Of a stretch of DNA of 64,000 bases, positions 32,473 to 41,744 are shown one piece after another. Below the pieces are notes generated by a model. That model was not told the origin of the DNA. It did not search any database and saw nothing but the letters and a program-made list of their open reading frames with translations. Source of the DNA: Candidatus Poribacteria bacterium (lineage in GTDB: Bacteria > Poribacteria > WGA-4E > WGA-3G); the NCBI GenBank assembly GCA_965205015.1, contig OZ242029.1:1152001-1216000 (forward strand). The letters run 5' to 3'. Numbering within the stretch: position 1 is the first letter of the stretch; each line of letters opens with the position of its first letter. The translations under genes were made by a program, and so were the position numbers.

Positions 32473-34083
32473 CTAATGCCGGAAATGCCGCACGCCTGTC
32501 AGGACCATTGCCATACCGTAAGCGTCCGCAGTTTCGATCACAGGTGTGTCATTGACAGAGCCCCCGGGCTGAATAATGGCACGAATGCCCGCCTCACCCG
32601 CAATTTCAACACCATCGGGGAACGGGAAGTAGGCATCCGAGGCTAACACCGCCCCCTTTGCCTTTTCACCCGCCTTCCGGATAGCGATGATCGCGGCATC
32701 CACACGACTCATCTGCCCCGCGCCGATACCGACGCTTTGTGTGCCGTTGGCAAGCAGGATGCAATTCGATTTGACATGTTTACACGCCTTCCATGCGAAA
32801 AGAAGGGATTTCATTTCTGCTTCCGTTGGCGCACGGGAGGTTGCGATCTCTAAATCGTTAGCATCTAAGTCGTGGACATCTGGATCCTGGACGAGTACCC
32901 CCCCGGTAATGTTGCGAATTTGGAAGATTGGTTCTGTAGCCGAGAGCGATCCGGCTTCAAGAATCGGGCGGCGTTTGACACGAGACAAAGCCCGCAGCGC
33001 CTTTTCGGTATAACTGGGTGCGATAATTGCGTCAATTTTCACACCTGCCTTCGCGGCTTCGCGAATGATGTTTGCGGTCTGGAGTGTCACTCTACGATTT
33101 AAACCCACAATCGAACCGAAAGCAGAAGTCCGATCACATTCCAAGGCGTTCGCGAAAGCCGCTTGCAGATTTTCTGCCGTTGCCAGTCCACACGGATTAT
33201 TATGCTTGATAATAGCGCAAGTAGGGGTCTCGAAGTCCTTGACGATCTCTAAGGCGGCTTCTAAATCAAGGAGGTTATTGAAAGAGAGGGGCTGTCCACT
33301 GAGTTGGTTTGCCCACGCAGCGCAAGCACTTGGACTGGCTTCAGTTTTGTAGAAAGCGGCACGCTGATGTGGGTTTTCGCCATAACGGAGCGTGCGCTCC
33401 TTCTTGAAATGGAGTGTCAGGTTATCCGCGAATTCGTCTGTTTCGGAACCCTCTGTTTGATTAACCTCCCTATCCCCGCTTATCAGGGGGGAAGTATCAT
33501 TGGTGAGATAGGCGGCAATTGCGGTATCATAGTGCGCAGTATGGGCAAAGGCTGCTTTTGCGAGTTCAAACCGCCTCTCCTCCGAAAGACAGCCGTCGTT
33601 GGCATCTAAATCGGCGATGATTTCGGGGTATTGACTCGCCTTTGTGAGGACAGCGACATGCCGATAATTCTTCGCTGCGGCGCGGATCATTGTAGGACCC
33701 CCGATGTCGATGTTTTCAATCGCTTCCGGGAGCGTTACGTCAGGCTTGGCGACGGTTGCCTCAAACGGATACAAATTGCAAACTACCATGTCAATGGCGG
33801 TAATGCCGTGTGCCGCCGCTTGGGCAGTGTGATCAGCATTATCCCAATCCGCAAGGAGTCCACCATGAATTTTGGGATGGAGCGTTTTGACTCTACCCTC
33901 AAGCATTTCGGGAAAGCCGGTGTCGTCAGAAACATCAAGAATTTCAATCCCAGCATCTCGTAAGTGTTTGGCTGTGCCACCAGTAGAGAGAATTTCCACA
34001 CCACGGTGTGTGAGGGCATTGGCTATTTCTAAAAGGTTCGTTTTGTCGTAAACGCTGATTAAAGCGCGCTTTATCTCTTTCAT
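32473..34083 (-). CDS. purH: Bifunctional AICAR transformylase/IMP cyclohydrolase
   Basis: RALISVYDK, STGGT, GRVKTLHP, IDIGGP, LRYGENPHQ, KHNNPCG, SDAYFPF, QPGGS, RHFRH. Confidence 0.97.
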   Translation of the reverse strand: MKEIKRALISVYDKTNLLEIANALTHRGVEILSTGGTAKHLRDAGIEILDVSDDTGFPEMLEGRVKTLHPKIHGGLLADWDNADHTAQAAAHGITAIDMVVCNLYPFEATVAKPDVTLPEAIENIDIGGPTMIRAAAKNYRHVAVLTKASQYPEIIADLDANDGCLSEERRFELAKAAFAHTAHYDTAIAAYLTNDTSPLISGDREVNQTEGSETDEFADNLTLHFKKERTLRYGENPHQRAAFYKTEASPSACAAWANQLSGQPLSFNNLLDLEAALEIVKDFETPTCAIIKHNNPCGLATAENLQAAFANALECDRTSAFGSIVGLNRRVTLQTANIIREAAKAGVKIDAIIAPSYTEKALRALSRVKRRPILEAGSLSATEPIFQIRNITGGVLVQDPDVHDLDANDLEIATSRAPTEAEMKSLLFAWKACKHVKSNCILLANGTQSVGIGAGQMSRVDAAIIAIRKAGEKAKGAVLASDAYFPFPDGVEIAGEAGIRAIIQPGGSVNDTPVIETADAYGMAMVLTGVRHFRH

Positions 34084-34236
34084 TCTTTTAATGTTCCTTG
34101 GGGTTAAACGACGCGAGATTGGCATTTAACGCGCTTTTCTTAAATCTGAAGAAACACCAAGCAAAAACCCTTCCACTTCGTTTCAGACTAAGTTCTCGCC
34201 GTTAATTTTAATCCTCTTCAGCCTTTTATCCTTTGT

Positions 34237-35556
34237 TCAGACCACGTATCGTGGGAATCCGAATCCGTCGTTAGCGACGTGGCTTCGCGCAGGGATCTGT
34301 GAGCGGTCGGGGATGATTAGGTCCATCTCTGAGGTGTTTTCAACCACAGTGCCGTCTCCGATACGGACGGCTTCGCCGATATAGATTTTACCGGGGGCTT
34401 CGGAGGCACCCCGGATGGTTCCAATGACAACGGAAGAACCGATTCGGCATCGGGGTCCCGTTTCAACAAACCCATATATCTCCGTGTTTGTGCCGACAGT
34501 GGAGTGTTCGGCGATCTGGACAGGTCCGAGCAGACTGGTGTCCGTGCCGATCTCAACGAAGTCTCCAATGACGGGGTGCCGCTGCTTCACTTTGACGCTT
34601 AAGCCACCGAGCGTGCAGGGATAGATCACGCATCCTGAGCCGATGATGCCCGTCTGCCCAGTGGTTACGCCGCGATGTGGGTGTTCCAAGAAATTGGCAT
34701 CGCCTATCTGCGTTTCTGGGTGCAAATCGGCTTGATAGTAGCGTCCACCGAGTTCCGAGATGGCGCGCGGCAGCAATGGGACAGGGGTTCTATGAATGTT
34801 CGGGCTCTCCTCAAGATCATCACTGCGTGTTAAAGCGTGGGCAACATCGTGGTAAAAGAGAACACGCCACCCCGGATACGTACTCCCTACCAATTGGAGC
34901 TGATAATCCAAAACAGACGCGAGATTCAAACTGCCCAGAAAGTCTTGGTAGGGCTCAAAGGTTCGTTCCTGAATTGCGGTGTCAATTTGGGAACGAAAAT
35001 CAAGGGCGGCGAGCTTTTCACGCGAAATACCGGTGTGGAGAAGATAGGCGTCCCAGACAGCCGGATCTTTAAGAGAGGCGAAGCGATTCCAGAGGGCGCG
35101 ACTTTTGAGCCGTGGTAGTTCCCAGAGGAGCGAAAAAGCCGTTTCAAGCGCAGCATCTTCGGAGGTCACGCGATCCCGATCATCGGGATGGGGTACATCC
35201 GAGAGCCGCGTTTCGTCTGTAACAGCCAAAAACGACTGTGCGACCATCGCATATAACTGGTCCGCCACCTCTTCAATCGCCTCTGAGAGTTCGCGCCTTT
35301 GGTTATGCAACTGCGGGGCGTTATGGGACCCCGGTGCCACGCATTCCAGCAAATTGCCGAGCACGGTCTCAAGAATATCACGATTGACAAATCCACGTCC
35401 AGAGCGTTGTGCTAACCCCTCTCGACTCATGCTGTCAATACGCAAAGCATCCAATTCAGACTGGCTATAGATAGGACGCAGGCGTTTCAGCGTTTGGGTT
35501 AATAGCAGTTTCTTTCGGTGTTCGTAAGATACGTCGAAAAGTGTAGTTTCAGCCAT
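34237..35556 (-). CDS. Left-handed beta-helix acyltransferase, CysE-like C-terminus with an unrecognised N-terminal region
   Basis: DLHPETQIG..FLEHPHRGVTTGQTGIIG...TLGG...RHPVIGD aligns by eye to the serine acetyltransferase core; extra hexapeptide repeats. Confidence 0.65.
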   Translation of the reverse strand: MAETTLFDVSYEHRKKLLLTQTLKRLRPIYSQSELDALRIDSMSREGLAQRSGRGFVNRDILETVLGNLLECVAPGSHNAPQLHNQRRELSEAIEEVADQLYAMVAQSFLAVTDETRLSDVPHPDDRDRVTSEDAALETAFSLLWELPRLKSRALWNRFASLKDPAVWDAYLLHTGISREKLAALDFRSQIDTAIQERTFEPYQDFLGSLNLASVLDYQLQLVGSTYPGWRVLFYHDVAHALTRSDDLEESPNIHRTPVPLLPRAISELGGRYYQADLHPETQIGDANFLEHPHRGVTTGQTGIIGSGCVIYPCTLGGLSVKVKQRHPVIGDFVEIGTDTSLLGPVQIAEHSTVGTNTEIYGFVETGPRCRIGSSVVIGTIRGASEAPGKIYIGEAVRIGDGTVVENTSEMDLIIPDRSQIPARSHVANDGFGFPRYVV

Positions 35557-35560
35557 TTTT

Positions 35561-36688
35561 TTAAAAAGCTTCCTGTGCAGCCGTAACGCCAGCACCGAGT
35601 GGGACCTCATATCCGATGGAGCAGAGACCTCGCTCGAAGGCAGAGATAGCAACAATCGCATCGTTTTCATTCATCCATCCGAGATGTGCGATCCGGACGA
35701 TTTTCCCACTTAACTGACTCTGACCCCCCGCATAGGTGACACCGTATGTGTCGCGCATCAGATTGATAAACGCCTTTCCATCAATTTCCGCTGGTAAGCG
35801 AATAGAGGTCAAAGTATTCGCAGGAGACGCCGCGAAGAGGGAAAGACCGAGTGCTTTAACCGCATTTCGGGTCGCGACTGCCAAGCGATTGTGGCGGGCA
35901 ATAGTCCTGCGGATACCCTCTACAGAGATGCGATGCAGCGCACATTGAAGCGCCGTCAGGAGTGTTATTGCCGGTGTGTAGGGCACAGAACCCTCCAAAC
36001 CGCTTTGGTGTGCTTTTCGGAAGTCGAGATAGTATTTCGGAAGGTCAGAACACGCAACAGCATCCCAGGCACGCTGATTGAGCGCAGCGAACGCCAGACC
36101 GGGCGGGGTCATCAAGCCTTTTTGGGAGCAGGACACAACAACGTCCACACCCCAACTATCCATCTGTAAATCGTCGGCAGCGAGCGCGCTGACGGCATCA
36201 ACAATCAAAAGTGTCGGACGCACTCGCGTTAGACTCGCCAGTGCCTCAATGTCGTGCAAAGCACCCGTCGATGTCTCACAGAGCGTTGCAAAAACCGCTT
36301 TTACATCGGGATGCTCCGTTAGGAGTGCTTCAACTGCCTGGGGTTCAACAGAATGCCCCCATGTCACGTCAATCGGGATCACTTCGATCCCATAAGCGAT
36401 ACAGATGTCGCTCCAGCGTTCCCCGAATTTACCGCTCCGGATGACAATGACTTTGTCTTCACGCGCTAAAAGATTCGCGACTGCGCCCTCCATCGCACCG
36501 GTTCCGGACGACGTTAGAAAGAGGACATCATTCTCAGTTTGGAAAACGTGTTTGAGTTTTTCAAGAACGTCTTTAATGAGCGTTACAGCGGCACCGCTGC
36601 GGTGATAATCGATCGGTTGCGCCATCGCCAATAGGGCTTCGGGCGGAATTGGCGTGGGACCGGGTGTAAAAAGCAATTTCTTTTTCAT
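35561..36688 (-). CDS. Class V aminotransferase (alanine-glyoxylate/serine-pyruvate type)
   Basis: LFTPGPT, SSGTGAME, ETSTG, VDAVS, SQKGLMTPPG, RIAHLG. Confidence 0.92.
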   Translation of the reverse strand: MKKKLLFTPGPTPIPPEALLAMAQPIDYHRSGAAVTLIKDVLEKLKHVFQTENDVLFLTSSGTGAMEGAVANLLAREDKVIVIRSGKFGERWSDICIAYGIEVIPIDVTWGHSVEPQAVEALLTEHPDVKAVFATLCETSTGALHDIEALASLTRVRPTLLIVDAVSALAADDLQMDSWGVDVVVSCSQKGLMTPPGLAFAALNQRAWDAVACSDLPKYYLDFRKAHQSGLEGSVPYTPAITLLTALQCALHRISVEGIRRTIARHNRLAVATRNAVKALGLSLFAASPANTLTSIRLPAEIDGKAFINLMRDTYGVTYAGGQSQLSGKIVRIAHLGWMNENDAIVAISAFERGLCSIGYEVPLGAGVTAAQEAF

Positions 36689-36694
36689 ATTAAA

Positions 36695-36910
36695 TTAGGC
36701 AGTGTTAACAGCCACAACCGTTTTGCCCTCAACGTTCACAATAACCCATTCTTGGTCGAGGAGTTCGCACAACTCTATAATTGCGGTACGTTGTGCTGTG
36801 CTATCCATCGGTACCTCAATGGTGAGCGTGGCGAATTCTTCCTTTTGTATTTCGCCCTGTTTATCAAATTTCATTGGCGTAATCTGAATTTTTTTCAATT
36901 TGGCATCCAT
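36695..36910 (-). CDS. Small hypothetical protein
   Basis: 71-aa ORF at the head of the aminotransferase-purH run, AGGAGG upstream. Confidence 0.6.
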   Translation of the reverse strand: MDAKLKKIQITPMKFDKQGEIQKEEFATLTIEVPMDSTAQRTAIIELCELLDQEWVIVNVEGKTVVAVNTA

Positions 36911-37054
36911 ATTTTTAATTAGGACCTCCTGGACTGCTGCGTCCGTTGTTCTTGTAGGTTTTCGGTTAATTCGTGGCTGGGTTTGGGAATTTTCACGTTT
37001 CTAAAGTGTCAACAGATTGGAAGGCGGTTTTCCATTCGTGTCTCCATTCCTCCG

Positions 37055-38077
37055 TCAATATATATCATTCATGAACGTTGCGACATCCATACACGCTCCG
37101 CCGCGTCGGGAAGACTCCCACCCCGCTAAAATAGGGGCTAAAGAGAAAAGCCCATCGTCATAATCACTCTGCAGAAGACTCGGATCCGCAGACTGAACGG
37201 CACGGATAAAGGTTTTGTCCTGTTCCAACCACGGATCAAATGCGTCGGCGTGGTAAAGGACCTCGCCATTTACCACAATCCTATCATATCCGTGAATTTC
37301 AAGGCATCCGCCTTCATAGAAGATCGTAAATCTCGGTTCGGCTTGCGGACTTGAACCCGCTGCGACAAAGTTGAGCGTCATCGTAGCCCCGTTCTCAAGA
37401 CAGTAATTGAAACTTGTAGACAGCGCATTCGCGTAAGTTGGACGTTCACAATAAAACGCTTGAGATTTCGCAACGTTCAACCCCGTCATGAATCGGGTAT
37501 AATCGGTTGCGTGAACCCCCCAATCGAGGGCACTGCCCCCAGATTTGTCCATCTCCTCCCACCATGTTTTGGGACCTCCTTCTGCTGAAGGTGGTAAACC
37601 CCCGAAACTCTGAAACCGGACGTGCACGACGTGCTTGTCGCGCAAATATCGGCGTGCTTCTTGGAAGATCGGACGATAGCGTTCACGAAACCCAACGGTG
37701 CTGATCACGCCTGCTTGCTGAATGGCAGTGTTGATTCGGTGTGCCACCTGCATCGTGAGTGCCTGCGGCTTTTCACTGAAGATGTGGATCCCCTTTTCTG
37801 CAGCGGTCGACTCAACATTGGTTCGGACGTATGCCGGCACGATAGAGTATAGCACGTCAATTGCCTCGGTGTCAAGCATTTCGTGAGCGTCTTGGTAGAC
37901 GCTTGGAATCTTGAAACGTTTGGCGGTTTCCTGTGCCGTTTGTGAGTTGCTATCGCATGCAGCGACAATATCTACTGAACGTGTTTGTAATAGGTTCGGG
38001 ATTCGGGTTCGGTTCGCGAAGTTTCCACATCCGTAGAAAGCGACCCGGACGCGTTGTGCTGTTGACACGATAAACAT
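37055..38077 (-). CDS. Gfo/Idh/MocA family oxidoreductase
   Basis: YGCGNFA, FSEKP, GFRERY, GGSALDWGVH. Confidence 0.88.
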   Translation of the reverse strand: MFIVSTAQRVRVAFYGCGNFANRTRIPNLLQTRSVDIVAACDSNSQTAQETAKRFKIPSVYQDAHEMLDTEAIDVLYSIVPAYVRTNVESTAAEKGIHIFSEKPQALTMQVAHRINTAIQQAGVISTVGFRERYRPIFQEARRYLRDKHVVHVRFQSFGGLPPSAEGGPKTWWEEMDKSGGSALDWGVHATDYTRFMTGLNVAKSQAFYCERPTYANALSTSFNYCLENGATMTLNFVAAGSSPQAEPRFTIFYEGGCLEIHGYDRIVVNGEVLYHADAFDPWLEQDKTFIRAVQSADPSLLQSDYDDGLFSLAPILAGWESSRRGGACMDVATFMNDIY

Positions 38078-38085
38078 TCTCCAAA

Positions 38086-39000
38086 TTATTCCCGCCACGG
38101 CGGAACATCCCATGTGTTGAACCAGTCCCATTTCCAGATAACCCGTTTCTTTGGCATTTCTACTTCGTATTCTATGCCTGCGGTGAAAGGGAGGAGGTGC
38201 GTTCTGTCTCCGACTATTTCACGAATTGATTCGATAAACGCCATTTCATCGGTGACGTTTGGGGGCCAATGTCCAGCGGGTATCGGGTCGGATTTTCGAT
38301 CGGTTCGGTAATGCGTGGGTATCACGAAGCGCGGTTGGATTAAGTCCACAAGTTCTATGAGTCGAGACGCAAGTCCTTCGCCGAGACCGAGTTTCATGTG
38401 GATAAGGAAATCCACCTTGCCTTGGAGGTTCACCAACGCTGGATAGGGTTCGTGCAAATCGCCCGTGTGTAAGACAGAGACATCCTGTGTTGTGTGTGTT
38501 ATCAGATACCCATTTGTCGGTAGATTCGGCGTTTGGTTCTCGCCGCTTTCAATCGTTTCGACGCGAATATCCCCGAGATCGAGCGGATCTGAACCTTGAA
38601 AGGCGCGTGATGTCCCTTGCTTCTCGTTGAGATGTTTTGGGTAGAGCACCTCGACTTTATCAGCCGGGACATGTTTCGTAATCGGTAAGTCGCGTTTAAA
38701 AGCGGCATCCCCGTATTTCTCAGCGATGGGTTGTGCGGGTGTCATACAACCGAGGTTGACGAATAATTTTTTAAAACGCGTACCGCGACACAATTTCTGT
38801 AAAGTTATGGGGTGGCAGTGGTCGAAGTGTTCATGGGATATGAAGATGTAGTCGTATATCGGTTCGGCATCCGCTAAGTTCTGATCAAACAGGTATGGAT
38901 CGAAAGCGATATTCACATCTCCAAAACGCACGTCAAAGGCACCGCATCCCCACCATCTCAAATATATATTTCCCATTTTTCCCTCTGTTTCCGTACCCAT
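38086..39000 (-). CDS. MBL-fold metallo-hydrolase
   Basis: FDPY, ISHEHFDHC, HTGD, IPTHY. Confidence 0.88.
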   Translation of the reverse strand: MGTETEGKMGNIYLRWWGCGAFDVRFGDVNIAFDPYLFDQNLADAEPIYDYIFISHEHFDHCHPITLQKLCRGTRFKKLFVNLGCMTPAQPIAEKYGDAAFKRDLPITKHVPADKVEVLYPKHLNEKQGTSRAFQGSDPLDLGDIRVETIESGENQTPNLPTNGYLITHTTQDVSVLHTGDLHEPYPALVNLQGKVDFLIHMKLGLGEGLASRLIELVDLIQPRFVIPTHYRTDRKSDPIPAGHWPPNVTDEMAFIESIREIVGDRTHLLPFTAGIEYEVEMPKKRVIWKWDWFNTWDVPPWRE

Positions 39001-39001
39001 G

Positions 39002-39418
39002 TCAATCTCGTTTTATGCCGACGATTACATCCTCAGATGACACGTCTTCGGGTATAACGACAAAAATCTTTCCAGCGTCGCAGTTCTCGCTCTGCGTTTT
39101 CAGATACTTCGCTATTTCAACTTCATCCAGAAGAACTGCCCCCTCTGTATCAGATTCGGGCGTAGGTCCGAGGGGTGTCCCAAACTTCCGAATCCATTTG
39201 AAGACGGTACTCGGCGATACTGAAAACTTCCGCGCGATGGTGCTGATAGAAATCCCACGACAGTAGAGGAACACCGCTAAGGCTCTCTGCCACGGTGGTC
39301 TTCCACGGGTGGTAAGTCGTGTAAACTGAAATCCACAAGATTTACATTTATAACGTTGGCGTTCCCTGGCTTTCCCATTTTTGACGGCATTTTCCCGTTT
39401 GCAGCGCGGACAGTTCAT
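39002..39418 (-). CDS. IS1 InsA-like zinc-ribbon/HTH protein without a DDE transposase domain
   Basis: MNCPRC...VKNGK...QRYKCKSCGFQFT plus HTH (ISTIARKFSVSPSTVFKWIR); no InsB and no IS1 ends seen. Confidence 0.75.
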   Translation of the reverse strand: MNCPRCKRENAVKNGKARERQRYKCKSCGFQFTRLTTRGRPPWQRALAVFLYCRGISISTIARKFSVSPSTVFKWIRKFGTPLGPTPESDTEGAVLLDEVEIAKYLKTQSENCDAGKIFVVIPEDVSSEDVIVGIKRD

Positions 39419-39540
39419 CGCGGTGTCCTCCTCTCAAAATGTGATAGGAGTAAAGTATACCATAAAAATGATTACGATGCAACAAACTCGGTTATCAAAT
39501 GATGACTTTCCATAGGGTCATTTATGGTGGACCTTAGAAT

Positions 39541-39657
39541 TATAGTAAAGTTTAGAATTAATTAGACACTTTAAAGAGGCGAGGATACAATCCTCGCCAG
39601 CGGCGGAGAGGATTGTTTCGCTCAGCAACTGTCTACATATTTTTCGACTTTACTATA
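39541..39657. mobile_element. MITE with 28-bp imperfect terminal inverted repeats
   Basis: tatagtaaagtttagaattaattagaca ... tgtctacatatttttcgactttactata, with internal hairpin ggcgagg-atacaat-cctcgccagcggcg. Confidence 0.7.
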
Positions 39658-39975
39658 AATGGACATTATGGACCTGTGCGTTGGCGGGCAGTTACAAGAC
39701 CTCAGGAAACACCCAAGCACAAGCAAAAACCCCCTACGAGGGGTCTGTTTATTTTTCGGGGTTACCACAGTTTTTGCTATTTTCAATGGATATGGAAAAT
39801 TTTTCCCTTGTTATTTTTTTTTGCATTGTATATTATATGTGTAGGCGGAAATTTGTAAGCCAACACAATACACAGCAGAAAAAATTTGGGCAGAAGGTTG
39901 TCAGTCTTCATCAGAACTTTGGTAGGAGCACACTGTGCTCGCGACGCGCCCCAGCGCGTAAAGGAGAACACAATC

Positions 39976-40995
39976 ATGGCAGGGAAACTGAAAGTAGCAG
40001 CAGTTGGGTGCGGTGGCATCGGGCACCGTCATCAACTGGGGTATCTTCAGCATCCGGGTGCGGAATTGGTGGCAGTATGCGATATAGACACTGCTAAAGC
40101 GAAGACACGTGCTGAAGAGCTCGGCATAGAGAAGTGGTACCCTTCTATCAAAGAGATGCTTGCGAATGAAGAGTGCGACCTCGTAGACGTTGTAACCGCT
40201 GATTATCTGCACTTTGAACCCGTGATGGAATGTCTGGAAGCCGAGAAACACGTTATCTCTGAAAAACCGTTGTCCCTTTACATCGATGAAGCCGAACAGA
40301 TGGTTGCGAAGGCAGACGAAAAAGGCGTCTACCTTGCTATTGATTACAATCGTCGGTTTGCGCCTGGATACGTTCAAGCACGGAAGTGGTTTGACGCGGG
40401 TGCTATCGGGCAGACCTATTACTTGGATATGAAATTATCTCAAGGTGGACCCGCCTCAACGTGGAAAGGCGAATATTACCTGCTCTATGAACTGGAAACC
40501 CACGCGATTGACCTGCTGCGATGGTTTGGCGGCGAAATTGTCGCCGTTTGCGTGCAAATGGCGAAGCCGCGGGAACATGAAACGCGTGAGGGTGAAGATG
40601 CATGTTATACCAGCATGGCTATCTCTTTCCGCTATGAAACAGAAACTGTTGCGACATTGATGGCGAGTTGGGACAGCGATTTTATTCACCCGATCGAGCG
40701 CCTCGAAATCTGCGGTTCTGATGGCGAAATTGTCGTTGATAATGTCTTGACCCGAGCGACTTTGATGAGACGGGATAACCAGGTCGTCGAAGAATACCGT
40801 CCCTCTATTTTTAGAGATGAACAACTTGCGTTTAATGGAACATTCGCCTTGCGGGTGGCTGCTCTTGTTGATGACTTACTCGCCGATCGATCGCCTGCTC
40901 CAACGGGAAGAGATGGGTTGCAAGCGTTAAGGATTACCGAAGCCATTGTGGAGTCATGGAAGGAAAAACGGGAAGTTACAGTCAAGATCGATTAA
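39976..40995 (+). CDS. Gfo/Idh/MocA family oxidoreductase
   Basis: VGCGGIG, ISEKP, DYNRRF, THAIDLL; AAGGAG RBS. Confidence 0.9.
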   Translation: MAGKLKVAAVGCGGIGHRHQLGYLQHPGAELVAVCDIDTAKAKTRAEELGIEKWYPSIKEMLANEECDLVDVVTADYLHFEPVMECLEAEKHVISEKPLSLYIDEAEQMVAKADEKGVYLAIDYNRRFAPGYVQARKWFDAGAIGQTYYLDMKLSQGGPASTWKGEYYLLYELETHAIDLLRWFGGEIVAVCVQMAKPREHETREGEDACYTSMAISFRYETETVATLMASWDSDFIHPIERLEICGSDGEIVVDNVLTRATLMRRDNQVVEEYRPSIFRDEQLAFNGTFALRVAALVDDLLADRSPAPTGRDGLQALRITEAIVESWKEKREVTVKID

Positions 40996-41053
40996 GAACA
41001 ACAGGTAAACCATATCTCACGCAGCCCGTTTCTATATGCAAGGAGGAACAACC

Positions 41054-41740
41054 ATGAAACATTATCCGTCTTATTCAAGAAAATTTCGTCAGGTATTACG
41101 CACCGGTTCGTCATATTCAACAGTGGGTGCTTGCGTTGCCTCACTGGTTTTTGCGCTTCTGGCACTAAACTGTGGTCCACCCCCGCAGGGGCAGTACCAC
41201 GTCCCTGAAACGGCGATTGCTGCTGCGGAAAGGAACACGAGGCAGGGGTCCGGAGGGAGCGAAGTTAGCTTACCCGACAGTGCTACCGTCCAGTTGCAAA
41301 GACTGCCCTACGTCCGAAACGCCTTCAAAGAACCCCCGCGCGTTGGGAGCAGGGGCGGACTCGACGATTTTTATGCAACGACCCGTGGTCGCGTACAGAA
41401 TGTTGCTATTATTTCCAACTGTTCGCTCGATGTCTTAAAGGCATTTGTCGCAAAAGGATGGCCCCCTATTGTGATGATCCAATTCCAAGGACGAACCCCC
41501 GAGATCGTAATATTATCCGATTACAACGACCAATTGCGCGAGATGTCGCTCCAGAATCCGACCAGCCTTAACAAACGTCGATTGAGTTACACGGATTTTG
41601 AGGCATCTTGGAGCAAGAGTTCACGGAACAAATGTGCTTTAATCACACCACAACAACTCTCGGAAACAGACGTTCAGAACGTGTTAGGCAGATACTTACC
41701 TACAGACGCGTTCCAAGGGATTGGCGTGAGAAGTCGCTAA
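41054..41740 (+). CDS. Putative lipoprotein, possible degenerate C39-like peptidase fold
   Basis: LALNC lipobox-like; GWPPIV...SDYND...QNP...SYTDFEASW pattern. Confidence 0.55.
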   Translation: MKHYPSYSRKFRQVLRTGSSYSTVGACVASLVFALLALNCGPPPQGQYHVPETAIAAAERNTRQGSGGSEVSLPDSATVQLQRLPYVRNAFKEPPRVGSRGGLDDFYATTRGRVQNVAIISNCSLDVLKAFVAKGWPPIVMIQFQGRTPEIVILSDYNDQLREMSLQNPTSLNKRRLSYTDFEASWSKSSRNKCALITPQQLSETDVQNVLGRYLPTDAFQGIGVRSR

Positions 41741-41744
41741 ATGG

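Noticed and set aside
39002-39418. Active IS1 element
   Set aside because: No InsB/DDE domain, terminal inverted repeats or target duplication seen.
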